Source: Emiliania huxleyi CCMP1516 (lineage: Eukaryota). From it: a stretch of DNA of 64,000 nt. Shown here one piece after another: positions 1 through 13,700 of the stretch. The notes below the pieces were generated by a model. That model did not search any database. It was not told the origin of the DNA and saw nothing but the letters and a program-made list of their open reading frames with translations. Position 1 is the first letter of the stretch, and every line of letters begins with the position of its first letter. The stretch lies in the NCBI RefSeq assembly GCF_000372725.1, contig NW_005201493.1, positions 280,475-344,474 of the forward strand, read 5' to 3'. A program made the position numbers and the translations under genes.

Positions 1-582
1 AAACGGGGCCCGCGTTGCAGTTTTTGACGGGAGATAGCCGAAAAATGACCCCGCACACAGTGTGTGAAGCTATTTCGGGCCCGGGCTGGCTTTGGGTTTG
101 GGGGGGGGGGGGGCGGGGGGGGGGGGTTGCACAAAAGCTGCACGCGCGAGCCAGCTAACTTTTTCATTTTTGATTTCTGATTTTTTGAATTTTCGTCTGG
201 GAGGGGGTCGTCAACTGACCGGGGGTCTTTCAGTGGGGGGGGGGGGGTTTCGTGACCGTTCATCGTCGATGCCGCCTGACTTACCTGTTCCCCGCTGGCG
301 CGACCCCGCGCCGGCCAGCGGAGCCATTGCCCGCTCGGTCACCTGGTCACCACCCCCGCCGGCGCGACGCGATCCGATCGACGCCGCCTGTCCTCGCGCT
401 CCGCCGCAATGCCACTGCGCACGTTAGTTATTGGGAATCTCCCCACGGGATTCCTTTTTCTCTTCACCTGACAACACACCCAAAATCACCCCCCTCCCTT
501 TCTAGTCAAGTCGACACGCAATTAAGCGCTCATTCGATCTCCATTGTTTCGCGTCTCGGCATGTGGAATGCAGCAATGCACA

Positions 583-1548
583 TCAAATACATGCAAAGGC
601 GGGACCATCGTAGGGCGGCCATTTCATCGACCACTTGGCGTAACTTTGTTGAGTTTCCGCGGTGTGGATCTGAATGTTCAGATCTCCACCTTCGCGGAAG
701 TTTTGCCAACGTAGTTCGGCCGACCTACGAAGTGCGGCTTCCCTTTCGGAATCCAAGGCCGACCGACTCGAGGCCGGTATGGTTCTTGAGAAGGTGGTGT
801 TGGAGCGGAAGATGAACTTATCTGTGAAATTGCAAATATATGGGCAAAAACCGCCGCAGAGCCATGCATCGTCGCATGTGAGTGGACCGCAGCAACCATC
901 ATCATAGACTCTGCCGCAACAATCTTCGCCGAACGGGCCAGCGGAAAACTCCAGCGGAAAACTCCGCACAGCACCTGCCGGCAGGTGCCTCGCGGCTGGC
1001 CGAACGTACCTGTAGATACAGCAAGGAAAGGGCCAGGGGAAGATGCATTGGTTCCCTGGGCCTAGGATGAATCGGGTTTTGCTCTCGTCGAATTGCAACC
1101 AAAAGCATACGAGGCAGCAGCACGGCGGTGGCACCGAGTAGCATCCGCTCTCCAGCTCCTGGCAGTCCTGACTGTCCTCTAGCTTCCTCCTCGCTTCCTC
1201 CTCGCGAGCCATGCGTTGCACTTCGACCTTACTGGGTTTCGGCTTTGGCAAGGATTCCTCAACACAGGCCTTGCACCGCCTCTGTTCCACCGGCTTCCTC
1301 CACTGGTTTCTCGAAAAGTTAGACTGCGGGTGCACCTTGTTGCACTCGGAGCACACGCAAGCGTCGCTCGTGGCTGCCGATACGGCCTCGCTGCTGCCGA
1401 GCACATCCACGGCGACTGCCGGTGCGAGCTCTTCCACAATGCCTGCCGGTGTGAGCTCCTCCTCGACAGCGAGGACCTCCACCACAGTGGCGGGCGGTTC
1501 GCCGTCAGCCTCCACCACAGTGACGGGCGAGTCGCCATCAGTCTGCAT
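583..1548 (-). CDS. Hypothetical protein with a CxxC...CxxC zinc finger (Stc1-like) and a Cys-rich C-terminus
   Basis: Uninterrupted 321-aa ORF. Motif CSECNKVHPQSNFSRNQWRKPVEQRRCKAC, followed by a short charged helix and Cys clusters. Confidence 0.5.
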   Translation of the reverse strand: MQTDGDSPVTVVEADGEPPATVVEVLAVEEELTPAGIVEELAPAVAVDVLGSSEAVSAATSDACVCSECNKVHPQSNFSRNQWRKPVEQRRCKACVEESLPKPKPSKVEVQRMAREEEARRKLEDSQDCQELESGCYSVPPPCCCLVCFWLQFDESKTRFILGPGNQCIFPWPFPCCIYRYVRPAARHLPAGAVRSFPLEFSAGPFGEDCCGRVYDDGCCGPLTCDDAWLCGGFCPYICNFTDKFIFRSNTTFSRTIPASSRSALDSEREAALRRSAELRWQNFREGGDLNIQIHTAETQQSYAKWSMKWPPYDGPAFACI

Positions 1549-2400
1549 CGACGCGAGGGGCTCTTTCTCTGGACTCTCTCGCCTCCGTCGGCCGCACTCG
1601 GCCGTTCATCCGCACGGCGGGTCCATCGATACCCGCCCTTGAGCACTTGAGCACTGGATAGGGCCGATTCCGCGTGGTACGGGACCCCTCGATCGTCTCG
1701 CCCTCCCTCACTGGTGTGTTCCGCCCTTGGCGTTTTCATGTTGAGCTACCCGTCGATGTGATCTGAGGCGGTGCCCGGTGCCTGGCCTGCATCGAAATAA
1801 CGGCGGGTCATCAGCCAAGGTCTCAAGCAGTGGTTCATCGCGACTTACTTGAGTGAGGCCATCCGCAGGATCCGGGATAGCATACACAGTTAGATGCACT
1901 ACCTCACTGGGCCTGTGGCCTCTGGCCTGAGACCACCGTAGAGTACGAGACGCTTCCCATCACCGTCTCGCCTCTCGGGTTTGTGTGGAGGTTGTATATG
2001 GGTGTTGCAGTCTGTGAGAGAGCGGAGGGTGTTTTGTCTGTTTGTGTTGTGAAATTCTCTTTGAAATCTCAGACTCAGAGTCCTCGCACTCAACAAATGG
2101 CCGAATCCCCATTTCTCTAAAGGGGACCCCCTCGCGAAAAATTCATTTCGACATGCAGCTTGCCGTTCTCGAGCTGCGGCGGGGCTGGCTGCGGCCTGCG
2201 CAGCGCCGCAGCCTGGTGATGGTGCGGACTCGAGGCTGCGGAAACAATCTTTTTGAGAGGAGTATCTCGGTAAGGCTTGGTGTACGGGGGAGATACGCAC
2301 ATATGTGTGTGCTGTGGGGTCGCGCGCCACCCAACTGGTGTTTCCACGCCTCCGCGTCTCTAATCTGTTTTGAAATCAATGGACAAAACATTCTACTTAG

Positions 2401-5400
2401 CTAGCTATAGGACCTCGCCCGCTGCAGCGCAGCCACCCACTTCGCCAAATCCACGCCCTCGCTCCTCGCTGGCTCGTCTGCCGCGCCGCCGCCGCCGCCT
2501 CCCGCCGCCTCCTGGCCGCCCGCGCCGCCCTCCTCCGGCGCCGTGCTCGGCCAGTCGACGCGGAAGAGGTGGGTGTGCTGCGGCGTGGTCACCTCGAAGT
2601 GGTAGCCGGGCAGCGTCCGGGTCGACGAGCGGCCGAGCTCGACGATGAGCTCCGCCTTCTCGACGGGCAGCGGCGACTTGAAGAGCAGCAGCTGCCGCGG
2701 CTGCACGACGGCCCACCGCCGCTTCCTGGGCGTGAAGAGGTCGCCCTCCTTGCGCAGCCAGCCCGCGTGCAAGCACTCGTCCGGCGGCAGGTCCCGCACG
2801 CTCACCGCGCCGGACAGCTGCGGCTCGGGCCTAGGGTTAGGTTAGGGGTTGGGGCTAGGCGCCGGGGTAGGTTCGGGCGGTGGTTCGGGTTAGGTTAGGG
2901 GTTGGGGCTAGGCGCCGGGGTAGGTTCGGGCGGTGGTTCGGGTTAGGTTAGGGGTTGGGGCTAGGGCCGGGGGGGTTCTGGTTCGGGCTGTGGTTCGGGT
3001 TGGGGTGGCAAGGTTAGGGCTAGGGCCGGGGGGGTTGGGGTTCGGGGTATGGTTCGGGTCAGGGTGCGTGGCTCGGGCCTCGGCGAGGGCAAGTCGCGCA
3101 GCAGCGGCCGCAGCTCGCCGCCGTCGTGCAGATCGATCAGGTTGCGCGCGCCGCCACCCGGCTCGCCGGCCTCGCCCAGCACCCGCCCGTCGAGCACCGC
3201 CACCGGCAGCAGCTTGCTCAGCGACCCGCTCGCGCCCGCCGCCGCCAGCAGCCGCCGCAGCGCGTGCACGCCGCGCGGCCCTTCGCGGGCGAGGTCCACC
3301 TCGGAAAAGGCGACGCCGATCGCCTGGAGAGTGGGGACGGCGAGAGTGTCGGGCTCACTGATCAGCGGCGGCGGGCTTCCGAACCCCGCTCGGCGCCGAC
3401 CCGCGCCTGCAGCAGCAGCCGCGCGCGTCGTGAGCGGGCGCACGCCGCGTAGAGCGCGCCGCACGTCGTAGTGTACAGGACGAGCCCTCCGGCAGGCAGC
3501 TCCGCGTCGGCCGCGCCCCGCTGCGAGGCGGCGCCCCGCTGCGAGGCGGCGCCGCCGCGCGACGCGGGCCACGCGCCCTCGCGCAGCACGCGCCTGAGGA
3601 CCGCGGAACAAGCAAGCGAGTCATTCTCTCTCGACGCCGCGGCCTGGCACGCGCCCCCGTGCAGCGCGGGGCGCGCCCAATCAGGCCGGAGCCCTGCTGC
3701 AGCGCGTCGCGCGCATCCTCGAGGTCGTCGAGCTGCCGCGTGTCGTCGCGCCCGCGTGCCACCGTCCAGCCGTGAAAGAGCCTTGCGTAGAGAGCACGCG
3801 CACGTGGAGGCGTGAGGTATTGTGCAGTCTGCTCAGAGCACCGCGTGGAGACGAGGGGTGCGAACACAGCCGAAGACAGCGGAATGCGGTCGAATGCCGC
3901 GGAGTACGCGTCCTCTCGAGTGCTGGCTGGGGTACAAGAACATGTATTCCGCTTCTAGGACCCGAGACATGGGGAGATACGGGGAGGTACGGGGAGATAT
4001 GGGGTACACGAACACGTCTTCCGCTTCTAGGTGAACCCACCGCCGCAGCTCGTCCGGCTCTGAACCCGCAAGGGCGTGGCTCAGCTGCATCGCCTAACGG
4101 CTCCTCCCTCGCCGAGCTCACTACTTCGTCCGAGCCCGCGGGGACCGCGCTCCGCCGCGTCGCCGGCTCGAAGGTCTGGCCGTACCTGGGTGGGTTCGGG
4201 TACCGTGGGGTAGGGGGAGGGTGGGTTCGGGTGCCGTGGGGGAGGGGGAGGGTGGGTTCGGGTGCCGTGGAGCAGGGGGAGGGTGGGTTCGGGTACCGTG
4301 GGGTAGGGGGAGGGTGGGTTCGGGTGCCGTGGGGGGTAGGGGACGAGCCGCACCGGGAGGCGAGCGCGGTGGCGAGCGCCTCGTCCTCCTCCGACGCGTC
4401 GCGCCCGACCCACACGAATGTGCAGGCGCCTAGGAAAGGTCCAGGAAAGGTCCGGGAGAGGTCCAGGAGAGGTCTCGCCGACCCACACGAATGTGCAGGC
4501 GCCTAGGAACTGTCCAGGAAAGGTCCGGGAGAGGTCCAGGAGAGGTCTCGCCGACCCACACGAAGGTGCAGGCGCCGCCGTCGACCAGGCAGACCGCCTC
4601 GGGCTGCAGCATCCACTGCTCCGGCCGGCCGCACGGGCCGTGCAGCCACTGCACGCGCTCGAAGCCGCGGCCGCGCGCCCACACCCGCCACATCGACGGC
4701 CGGTGGCCCGCCTGCGGGACGGTGCGTCTCGCACATGTCGTGGACGTGCCGTGGTCATCCTCTCCGCCTCCGCCTCTGCTCGAGCGACCTGTAGGGCGCG
4801 TCTCGGACATGTGCATGGACGTGTCATGGACGGGCTGCCCCGCCGCATGCCGGCGGCCCGCCTGCAGCGACCGCATCTCGGCGGACCGCGCGATCTCCCT
4901 CTCCTTCTCCTCGGGCAGCGGCGACGCGCGGCCCAAGCCGAGCAGCGACTGCCTGCAGACGTGCGTTCGCGGACGTGTCGCGGACGTGTCACAAGCACAT
5001 GTCCGCCCAACCCCGACGAGCAAGGACTGCCAAAACTCGGCCGGCTCGGACGCCTCCGCCACCACCTCCACGCGGCCCGAAAGCGCGCCCGCGAATCGCT
5101 CCGCGACGGCGGCCGCGGCGGCGCGCACTTCTGGCGAGCTGTGCGAGCCCTCCCACTGAAAGAGCGCCGCCTCGGCCTGCGGAGTGGGGTACGCCAACCT
5201 CGGGGCGGAAGGGCGGGAGTGTGCCGTGCATTCGGAGCACCGCGTGGGTGCGAGACTGCTGCAGACACAGCTGAGCACAGCCGAGGGCGGCTGATCCCAG
5301 AGCACGCCTCCTCTCGCGCGCTAGTTGGGAGACAAGAGTGCGCCGTCTGCTTCTTCTAGTCGCCTCCGCCGCGTCGACGAGCAAAAACACGTCCGCCGAG

Positions 5401-5511
5401 TCGAGGTATTCGGGGCTAGGTCGCACCTGCCGCGAGATGTGGGGAGATGTGGGGAGATGTGGGGAGGTCTGGGGAGATGTGGGGTTAGGACGCACCTGCC
5501 GCGCGCAGCAG

Positions 5512-5549
<38 letters not shown>

Positions 5550-8500
5550 CGCCGCCGTCGCCGCCGCCTTGCCGCCGCGCCGCTTGATCTGGAGCAGCAC
5601 CGACCCGCGCAGCGCGGAGAGCGAGGAGGCCGCCGCAGCGCCGGTGTGCTCGCGCGCGGGCTCGCCGCCTGCGGGCGAGTCGTCGTCTGCGGCCGACTCC
5701 TCCTGCCCAAAGGGCGCGTAGTCCTCCTCCTCCACGCAGCCCGCGCCGGGGTGGCTGCCCGACAGCACGATCAGCCCCTCAAGGAGCTCGACGAAGCTGG
5801 GCGGCTCGTCGCCCTCCTGTTCGCAGCGAGAGGTGTGAAGAGACGCCGTTCACGCCGAGAGCGTCTCCAGCTCGCCCCCCCCCTCGAGAATCTCCCCATA
5901 TCTCCCCAGATCTCCCCATACCTCGAGAATCTCCGGAACAACCGCCGGCCCGAGCTGCAGCAGCAGCGGCTGCAGCCGGAAGCGCCAGGTGAGGAAGCGG
6001 CGGATGGGGACGCCGCTGCCGCGCCTAGCTCGTGTAGTTGGATTTGGGCACCGGGGTTGGTAGGGTACTGCCGCGCGCCGCTGCCGCGCCAGAAGTGGAG
6101 CGACGAGTGCGGCACGCCGCCACGCGAGCAAGAGTAGAGCACCATGAAGGCGCTCCCCGAGAAGAAGATGCCCAGCTCGCTGTCCGGGAGCAGCGCGGGG
6201 GGGCCCTCCGACAGCAGCCACACGTTCAGCATCTCCGAGCCTATTCCACGCAGCTGGGTTCTGGGTACCGGGCTGGGTGGGGTACCACACGTTGTGCCAT
6301 CTCTGAACCCGGGTCCACCGCCGCCCGGGCCCCGCCAGAACGGCTCCTGCCGACGGCGACGGGCGGCGCCGGAGCGGGCCCTTCAGCCGGCTCCTGCTCG
6401 CGCGTCATGCCGCGCTGCTCTCGCATCCGCGCAATCTCCTCCTCCAAGGAGGGCGCCGCGCGCGCCTCCGCGTCCCTCCGCCCCCCCGCCGGGGAGCCGA
6501 CAGCCCACTCGAGACTCGCCTCGCGCGCCCAGTGCCACCGCTGGAACAGCGAGCGGAAGACGGTGCTCTCGCAGCCCTCGCTCTCGCGACAGACCACCGC
6601 TGCACACCCCTCCGCCCCGCCGCCCTCCGCCGGGAGTATTTTTTGAGATATCGACAGTCTCCGGGAGCAAGGTAGGCTATATGGAGCAGAAAATCCCTGG
6701 ATATTCCACCGCTGGATTTTCCCCACGGTATCCCTTAAGAACATTTCGAGGCCTTNNNNNNNNNNNNNNNNNNNNNNNNNNNNNNNNNNNNNNNNNNNNN
6801 NNNNNNNNNNNNNNNNNNNNNNNNNNNNNNNNNNNNNNNNNNNNNNNNNNNNNNNNNNNNNNNNNNNNNNNNNNNNNNNNNNNNNNNNNNNNNNNNNNNN
6901 NNNNNNNNNNNNNNNNNNNNNNNNNNNNNNNNNNNNNNNNNNNNNNNNNNNNNNNNNNNNNNNNNNNNNNNNNNNNNNNNNNNNNNNNNNNNNNNNNNNN
7001 NNNNNNNNNNNNNNNNNNNNNNNNNNNNNNNNNNNNNNNNNNNNNNNNNNNNNNNNNNNNNNNNNNNNNNNNNNNNNNNNNNNNNNNNNNNNNNNNNNNN
7101 NNNNNNNNNNNNNNNNNNNNNNNNNNNNNNNNNNNNNNNNNNNNNNNNNNNNNNNNNNNNNNNNNNNNNNNNNNNNNNNNNNNNNNNNNNNNNNNNNNNN
7201 NNNNNNNNNNNNNNNNNNNNNNNNNNNNNNNNNNNNNNNNNNNNNNNNNNNNNNNNNNNNNNNNNNNNNNNNNNNNNNNNNNNNNNNNNNNNNNNNNNNN
7301 NNNNNNNNNNNNNNNNNNNNNNNNNNNNNNNNNNNNNNNNNNNNNNNNNNNNNNNNNNNNNNNNNNNNNNNNNNNNNNNNNNNNNNNNNNNNNNNNNNNN
7401 NNNNNNNNNNNNNNNNNNNNNNNNNNNNNNNNNNNNNNNNNNNNNNNNNNNNNNNNNNNNNNNNNNNNNNNNNNNNNNNNNNAGAGCACATGCAGGGCGC
7501 ACACCCCTGAGGGCGGGCGGAAGGCTCCGCGGGCAGCCCCAGTGGAGCCCTAACTCGCAGCAGTGGGCCGCCAGGAACCTTCTAGGAACCTTCTAGGAAC
7601 CTTCTAGGCGGACCGCTGGCCGTGCGTGATGCCCCCCCCCCCCCGTGCGGTGTCGCGCTACTAGTACACACGCGCGCGCCTCGCCGGTCGTTGGAGCGGA
7701 GCGACTGCGCGAGCAGCAGCGCGTACGCCTGAATAAATACATAAAGACGGACACCTCTCTACTGTGGGATGGGTAAAAAATGATGGGTAAAAAGGAGTAG
7801 GTCCCTAGGGGCGCTCGTCGAAAGAGCAGACGGAGATGTCTAGGAGGTGTCTCGGACATGTCTAGGAAGTACGCCTTGTCGCAAAGCGGCGCGCTCGGCC
7901 CTGCGAGGTGGAAGACCTCCGACGCGCCTGATCTCGGACAATCTCGGACAATCTCGGACAATCTCGGGGAATCTCGGGGAATCTCGAGGAGGACGTCCGA
8001 CGCGCCCGCCGACGGCGCGTCGAGGACGTAGCAAGCATCGTCCTCAAGCAGCGACGCGCACCCCACGGCTCGGAGCTGCGCCAGCTCGCCCAGGCAGCCG
8101 CGCCGCCCGCCTCGCACGCCGAACAAGCGCGGCCGTGGCGCGGCCTCCGCTGGCGGCGTGCGCCAGTACACGGCCGGAGCAGCTTCTGCCCCCTCGCCTA
8201 GCGGCTCCTCGAGTAGCTCTTCGAGCGACCCGCCGACGAGGGAGCGGAAGAGCGCCGACTCCTCGCCCCGCGCCTCTCGCGCCTGCGAGCAGCGGCCGCC
8301 CACCTCCGCCTCGACGGTCGCGCAGAGCTGCACACACAGCACCGCCGCCGCGCCCGCCTGCTCAGCACATCTCCCCATATCTCCGCATATCTCCCCATAT
8401 CTCCGCATACCTCGGCATATCTCCGCATATCTCCGCATCCCTCCCCATCCCTCCCCATCTCTACCCATCTCTCCCCATCTCTCCCCATCTCTCCCCACCT

Positions 8501-10383
8501 CTCCCCACCTCTCCCATCTGCTCCGCATGTCGGTCCGTGTGACACATCCTCGCCGCGGACGACGGGGCACACGCACTCGCAGAGCAAGCACGGGGCTTCA
8601 CACACACACACACACACACACGAGGCAGCAAGCAGCAGGCGGTGGGCAGCAGGCAGCGGCAGCAGGCAGCAAGCAGCAGGCGGTGGGCAGCAGGCAGCGG
8701 CAGCAGGCAGCAAGCAGCAGGCGGCGGGCAGCAGGCAGCGGCAGCAGGCAGCAGGCGGCAGGCGGCAGGCAGCAGGCGGCAAGCGGCAGGCGGCAGGCGG
8801 CAGGCGGCAGGCAGCAGGCAGGCAGGCAAGCAGCAGGCGGCAGGCGGCAGGCAGGCAGGCAGGCAGGCAAGCAGCAGGCGGCAGGCGGCAGGCAGGCAGG
8901 CAGGCAGGCAAGCAGCAGGGTCGGCGCCGCGGCCGCGCGCGTGATCAGCAGCCCCCTGGCCGAGGGAGCGCTCTCTCTCTCCAGGAAGGGCATCCTCTCC
9001 AGGAAGGGCATCCTCGCTGGCGAGAGGGCAGCAGCGTGCCTGATCTGCGCCGCACCAGTCGCCGATCCAGTAGTGCGCTCGCCACTCGGTGGACGCGCCG
9101 GGTGCGGCGGCGGGGGCGGCGAGGAGGAGGTAGGCGGAGCGGCGGCAGAGGCGGAGGGAGGAGACGTCGCCTTCGACGCGTATGGCGTCGAACTGAACGA
9201 TCCGCCACGCCGCCGCCTGGGGGCATGGGTTGAGGGGGGCTTGGTTGAGGGGGGCTTGGTTGAGGGGGGGGGGGGGGGGGCCTAAAAAAAGGGGGGGTGG
9301 AGGGGCTTGGCCAAGGGGCTTGGCCCAGGAGCAAAAACAAAAAAAGCAGACCCCAGGGAGGGGTGGGGGGGGTGGGGTGGCAGGACAGCAGAGTACAGCA
9401 ACGGCATGCCTCGTCGACGCCGAGCAGTGACGCGACGTCCTCGAAGGGCGCGGACGGGCGCGAGGCGCGCAGCGCGTCCTCGCTGTGCCTGGGAGTGCAA
9501 CAGAAAGTCTGGGAGGTGTCTCGGAAATGTCTAGGGAGTGTTCTGCCCGTCTCTCGGACGTGTGCAGGAAGTGTCTCGGACGTGTCTCGGAAGTGTCACC
9601 GCAGGAAGGCGGCGTACGAGAGGTCGGCGAGGCGGCCGGGCTCGCGGGAGGAGGATCCCGGAGAGGCAGACGCACCCCCCACTCCAAACCCTGCACCGGC
9701 CTCCGCCGCCACGACAGCCGGCGGCGGCGGCGGCGGCGCCTGTGGTGGCGGCGACTCGGCCGCTCCCTCTAACTGCTTGTCGGGCCCGTGTCTCGGCTGG
9801 CCTAGAGGGAGGTAGAGGAGAGGAGGTCCCAGGGGAGCCCGCCCCCGCGTTCCGCCACTGTCCTCTTGCCGCCGCCGTCGGCGGGTGCGGGCGTGGCGAG
9901 GCCGTGGTGCGCCTACAGAGAGGGCGCCGGCAAAAGGCTGGAGAAGAGAGCTCGGCGGGCGGCGTGGGGAGGGCCGTGGTGCACCGCGTCGAGGAGCATG
10001 AGGAAGCCGTCGTACGACTCGTACTGCCGGCACCAGCTCGCGAGCAGCTGCATGAAGTACCGCTCCAGGTCCGAGCAGATCTCTGCGACGTAGCTGGGAT
10101 GGCGGTTGGCAAACCAGCGCGTCCGTGGCAGGCCGGGCAGCTGCAGCCCCGGATGCAGCTCGGCGAGCTCGGCGTGCAGCTTTGCGATCCGCGAGAAGCG
10201 GAGCTCGTACCAGGTGCGCTCGCTCGGAAAGGTGCCCAGGTCCGAGTGCACGCGGACGAGGTAGGCAATGTGCGGGTGCGCCTCGCCCGGCGCGTGGCGG
10301 CGGTCGGACCGGGGCACCTTGACGTAGCAAAACGTGGCGCGGCGGCCGCCGCCTCCGGGCCCGGCGCGGCGGCTTGAAATCAT
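2401..10383 (-). CDS. Multi-exon gelsolin/villin-family protein with N-terminal PX and C-terminal PH domains; spans the assembly gap
   Basis: PX-like exon ~9920-10383 (YLVRVHSD...LRFSRIAKLHAEL...LPGLPRTRWF...LERYFMQLL). Gelsolin-repeat exons: AWRIVQFDAIRV...AYLLL...HYWIG (~9040-9220), PRLFGVRG...LLEDDACYVLDA (~7990-8150), ESEGCESTVFRSLFQRW (~6540-6600), VWLLSEG...FFSGSAFMVLY...HFWRG (~6080-6230), LDSADVFLL, LFQWEG...EASEPAEFW, CTFVWVG. PH exon 2401-2805 (HAGWLRKEG...RRWAVV...LLLFK...WVAALQRA). Exact exon borders and single-gene status are inferred. Confidence 0.7.
2830..3065 (+). repeat. Degenerate telomere-like (TTAGGG/TTCGGG/CTAGGG) array inside an intron
   Basis: gggttaggttaggggttggggctagg...ggttcggg repeated between two exons of the gelsolin-like gene. 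Confidence 0.85.
6756..7482. other. Assembly gap (N run)
   Basis: Continuous Ns. Confidence 1.
8599..8919 (+). repeat. Intronic (CA)n followed by a compound GCAG/GGCA microsatellite
   Basis: cacacaca... then gcagcaggcggcaggcagg... repeats. Confidence 0.9.
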
Positions 10384-10702
10384 ATGGAGGCCCGAGAGAG
10401 AGGGATCAGTATGGGGCCGGCCCGGGAGGGGCTGTGGCGTCGGAGCGGCTGCGAGAGGGGCCGCCACAAAGGTACCCCTCTGAGGGACCGGTATCTCGAA
10501 TTCTCGAGCTCGACGGCTCTGCTCCAAGAGACCTCGAGAGTGCGTGCGTGTGCCAAAAAGAAACACACGCGCCCAAAATGTCAGCAGTTCACCCTCGGGT
10601 ATGTTCGTAAGAGCTACATCGACACTGAAAATGAACCAAAACTTTTGAAAGCCCCCCCTTGGCTTCTGTTACATCGGCGCGAGAAAATGCTCCACTGCGC
10701 GG

Positions 10703-13700
10703 ATGGTGCAGCTCATGGCCGCAGCAGACTCAGAGATGGTCCTTGGCGTCAGCTCACTCCCCATGCCCGAGCTAACGGCGGCCCATCTTTGGTGGAGCGT
10801 CGACACATTCAACGAGGCTGGCATGACGCTGCACTCGCTGTTGCCGTTATCTCTGCTGCGGCACATGGCCGCGACGGTAGTGCAGCGACCCGCCTTCGAA
10901 TCACTCACCATCCTGCGCACCGCTCACTTGCTTCGTGAGCTCGGCGCTTCGGATGCTGCGGCCGAAGCGATGCATAGGGCGGCCTCCTGGCGTCCGACTG
11001 CGGAGCAGAAGCGCGATAGTGCCCGCCGGCTCGAGGACGCGCGGCGGAAGGCGCCTGCTCGGCGCCATCCACCGCCCGAGGCCGTGTCCGCCGCGAACCC
11101 GCTGGTGCACCGTCCGCAGTCGCAACCCCGAAGCGCCACGCGTACCGACGCGGCGCTGTGGGTGGATCTCGCGGCTGCGCTTCTCGTCGAGGGGGAGTGG
11201 AGCGCGGCGGGCGAATGGCTCGATCAAGCGAGGCCCATGCTCGAGGCGCTCGGAGACGACCTTGGCCGCGCCCGGTGTCTCGCTACCCTCGCGCAACTGC
11301 ACGCTCTCCGTGGCGATGCCGAGGAGGCTCTGAGGCTACAGGCCGCCGCGCTCCGCGCTGCGCCGCTCGAGGTGGACGAGTGGGCTTCTGCCGTCCTCTC
11401 CCTCTCTAGCCTCCAAGCCAAGGGAGGCGCGGCGGCTGCAGCCGAAGCGACGCTTCGTGAGGCAGCTCAGATCTGCGAGACCGCTGAGGCGAGCCCCTCG
11501 TCCAAGGCAGAGGCGATTGCATCACAAGCCCGCCTCTGCGTCGCTCTCGGTCGGCTCCACCTGAGCGCCACAGTCGGGGCGTCCGAGGCACCAGCAAAGG
11601 CCGACGAGCACTTCAAGGCTGCGACGCTTCTGCTTCAGCCGTCCGGCGCTAGCCTTGCACTCATTGATGCGCTCAGTGCCCGCGTCGATGCCGTCGAGCG
11701 CGGCGGTGCGTCTGCTGCGGACGCCGATAAGGGAGCCGTCGAGGACGACGTGGCGGGCGACGCAGACATTTTGCGCGAAGAGAAGGCGCTCGGGGAGATG
11801 ATGGCTCTGCTCGCCGCCGCCGTAGGGCACGCGGAGAGGCTGCTCTACCGAGCAGCGCCGCGATCGGCCCCTCCGAGCGTGTCCCTCCCGACGGCACGGA
11901 CGCTCGCGCAGCTGCGCAGCCGGCAGGCGCGCGTTGAGCTGCGATTGGCTGAGCTGCAAGAGCGGCGTGCGCTACGGCTCCAGGAAACCGCGCCTCGCTT
12001 CCCGCGCGTACAGGGTCGGGACGAGGCGGCAGTCTTGGACTTTGTGCGTGGAAACGCTCTAGAGGCGAGGAGAGACGCGGGGCTATGTCATGTTGAGCGA
12101 GCGCTTGTCCACTCATCTTCCTCCCTTGCCCTCGCCGGCCATTCACGCGCTGCTCTCGACGCCGGACTCTCGCTCGGCCGCGCGCTCATCGCAATGGCGC
12201 GGGGCCGTGGCCATGGCGGTGGCGTGTGGAAGCCCAAGGCGCCAAAGGAGTCGGACGGCGAGGAAGCCAAAGGGGAGGCCGGACGTGATGCAGGGAGTGC
12301 TGAGGCTGAAGTGGAGGCCGAAGCTGCTGCTGCTGGGGAGGCGCCCGGTGAGGGGGAGGTGGCTGCGGTCGAGGATGGCGCAGAAGAGGCACGCGAGGGC
12401 GAGGCGGGCTTGCTTCGCCTTGTCGAGGGGGCGCTCAAGGAGGGCGACGCTGCGACTGCGCGAGAGGCTGCGCTCGCACTTGCCGACGCCGCAGGCGCCG
12501 AGCGACCGCTCGAGTGTGGCCGATGGCTCTCTGTCGCAACGTCTTGCGCGGCTCGGCTCCATTGGTTGGCCGTCTGGCGGCGAGCGTGTGACCCGCGATC
12601 TCGCTTCGCCGTGCTTCTCTCGCAGCTCTCGCACAGCCTCGAGCAACGCTGGGCACAGCCTGCCCAGACGCCGGTGTGGAAGTCGGCGCAGCTGGCGCTG
12701 GACGACGCCGAGCGAGGCTGCGTCCCGTGGAGGTCGCTCGAGGTGGAGACGGGTTCGCTCCGGGAGCTGCTCGCAGGGCTACCGGCCGGAGCGCGAGTCG
12801 TGCAGCTGACCACCACTACCCACGGGCGCGCGTACGGCATGGCCACGATCGCGCAAGCCGGCGACGACGATCCGCCTGTCCTCGTCTCGCGCGCAGACCT
12901 GTCGCCTGCGGCCTTGTCGGCTGCCATCGACGCGATCAATGAAGCCAGGCGTCTGCATCGCATCGCAGCGCTCAACAAGTCAAAGTCCGACCTTCTGCCA
13001 GCTGCGGTGGCCGAAGAGATGCAGCCCGCTGCGCCGCCCGAGCCGCCCGAGCCGCCCGAGCCGGCGGCAGCCGGTCCTCTGGACAAGTTGCGGCGCAAGG
13101 CGCGCGAGGTTGCGAGAGCAGGCCGCGGGGCAGCCGCCTTCCAAGCGACGCCGCCGCGCGTGCTAGCGCTCCGCGACGCGGTTTCCAAAGCCGAGGCGCT
13201 GCTGGCGCCGCTGCTCGAGCCGCTCGTCCCCATGCTCGAAACGCCCGCAGGCTCTCTAGAAACAGAGTCCGAGCCGCAGGGTGGCACGGCCGCGGTGGCG
13301 CGGCCGCCAACGATCGTCATCGTTGACCCGTGCCTTTCACCTCTACCCCTCGAGTTGCTCGGGGTGTTTGCGGAGGAGTGCGGCGGCGGCGGTGTGTGCC
13401 GAGACCTCTCTGTCTCGATGCTGCGGCGACGCCTCGCCCTCGGTGCCCCCGACGCTCCGCGTGGCGCCGTCCGCTGCGCTGTCGATGTCCATGATGAAGT
13501 GCGGCTTCCGACGGGCGTCGAGGGAGGTCGCCTCGGCGAAGTTTTCGCCTCGGACGTACTGGGTAGCGAGGCCCTGGCCCACGCCGCCGAATGGCCGGCT
13601 CTGCTGGGGTCACGGCAGGCGCCCTCGGCGACAGAGCTCGCGCACGCGCTCGCCGCCGGCGGTTCTTTTCTGTACCATGGCCCCGGGTCGCTCCTCTCCG

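Noticed and set aside
1..250. DNA-transposon terminus (poly-G and T tracts); similar impression at ~18800-19940
   Set aside because: No matching TIR, TSD or transposase was found in the window.
2830..3065. True telomere
   Set aside because: The array is degenerate, internal and lies within an intron.
6144..7553. ORFs spanning Ns and the low-GC stretch at ~6635-6755
   Set aside because: Gap artefacts. The contig-end sequence may be low quality and cannot be interpreted.
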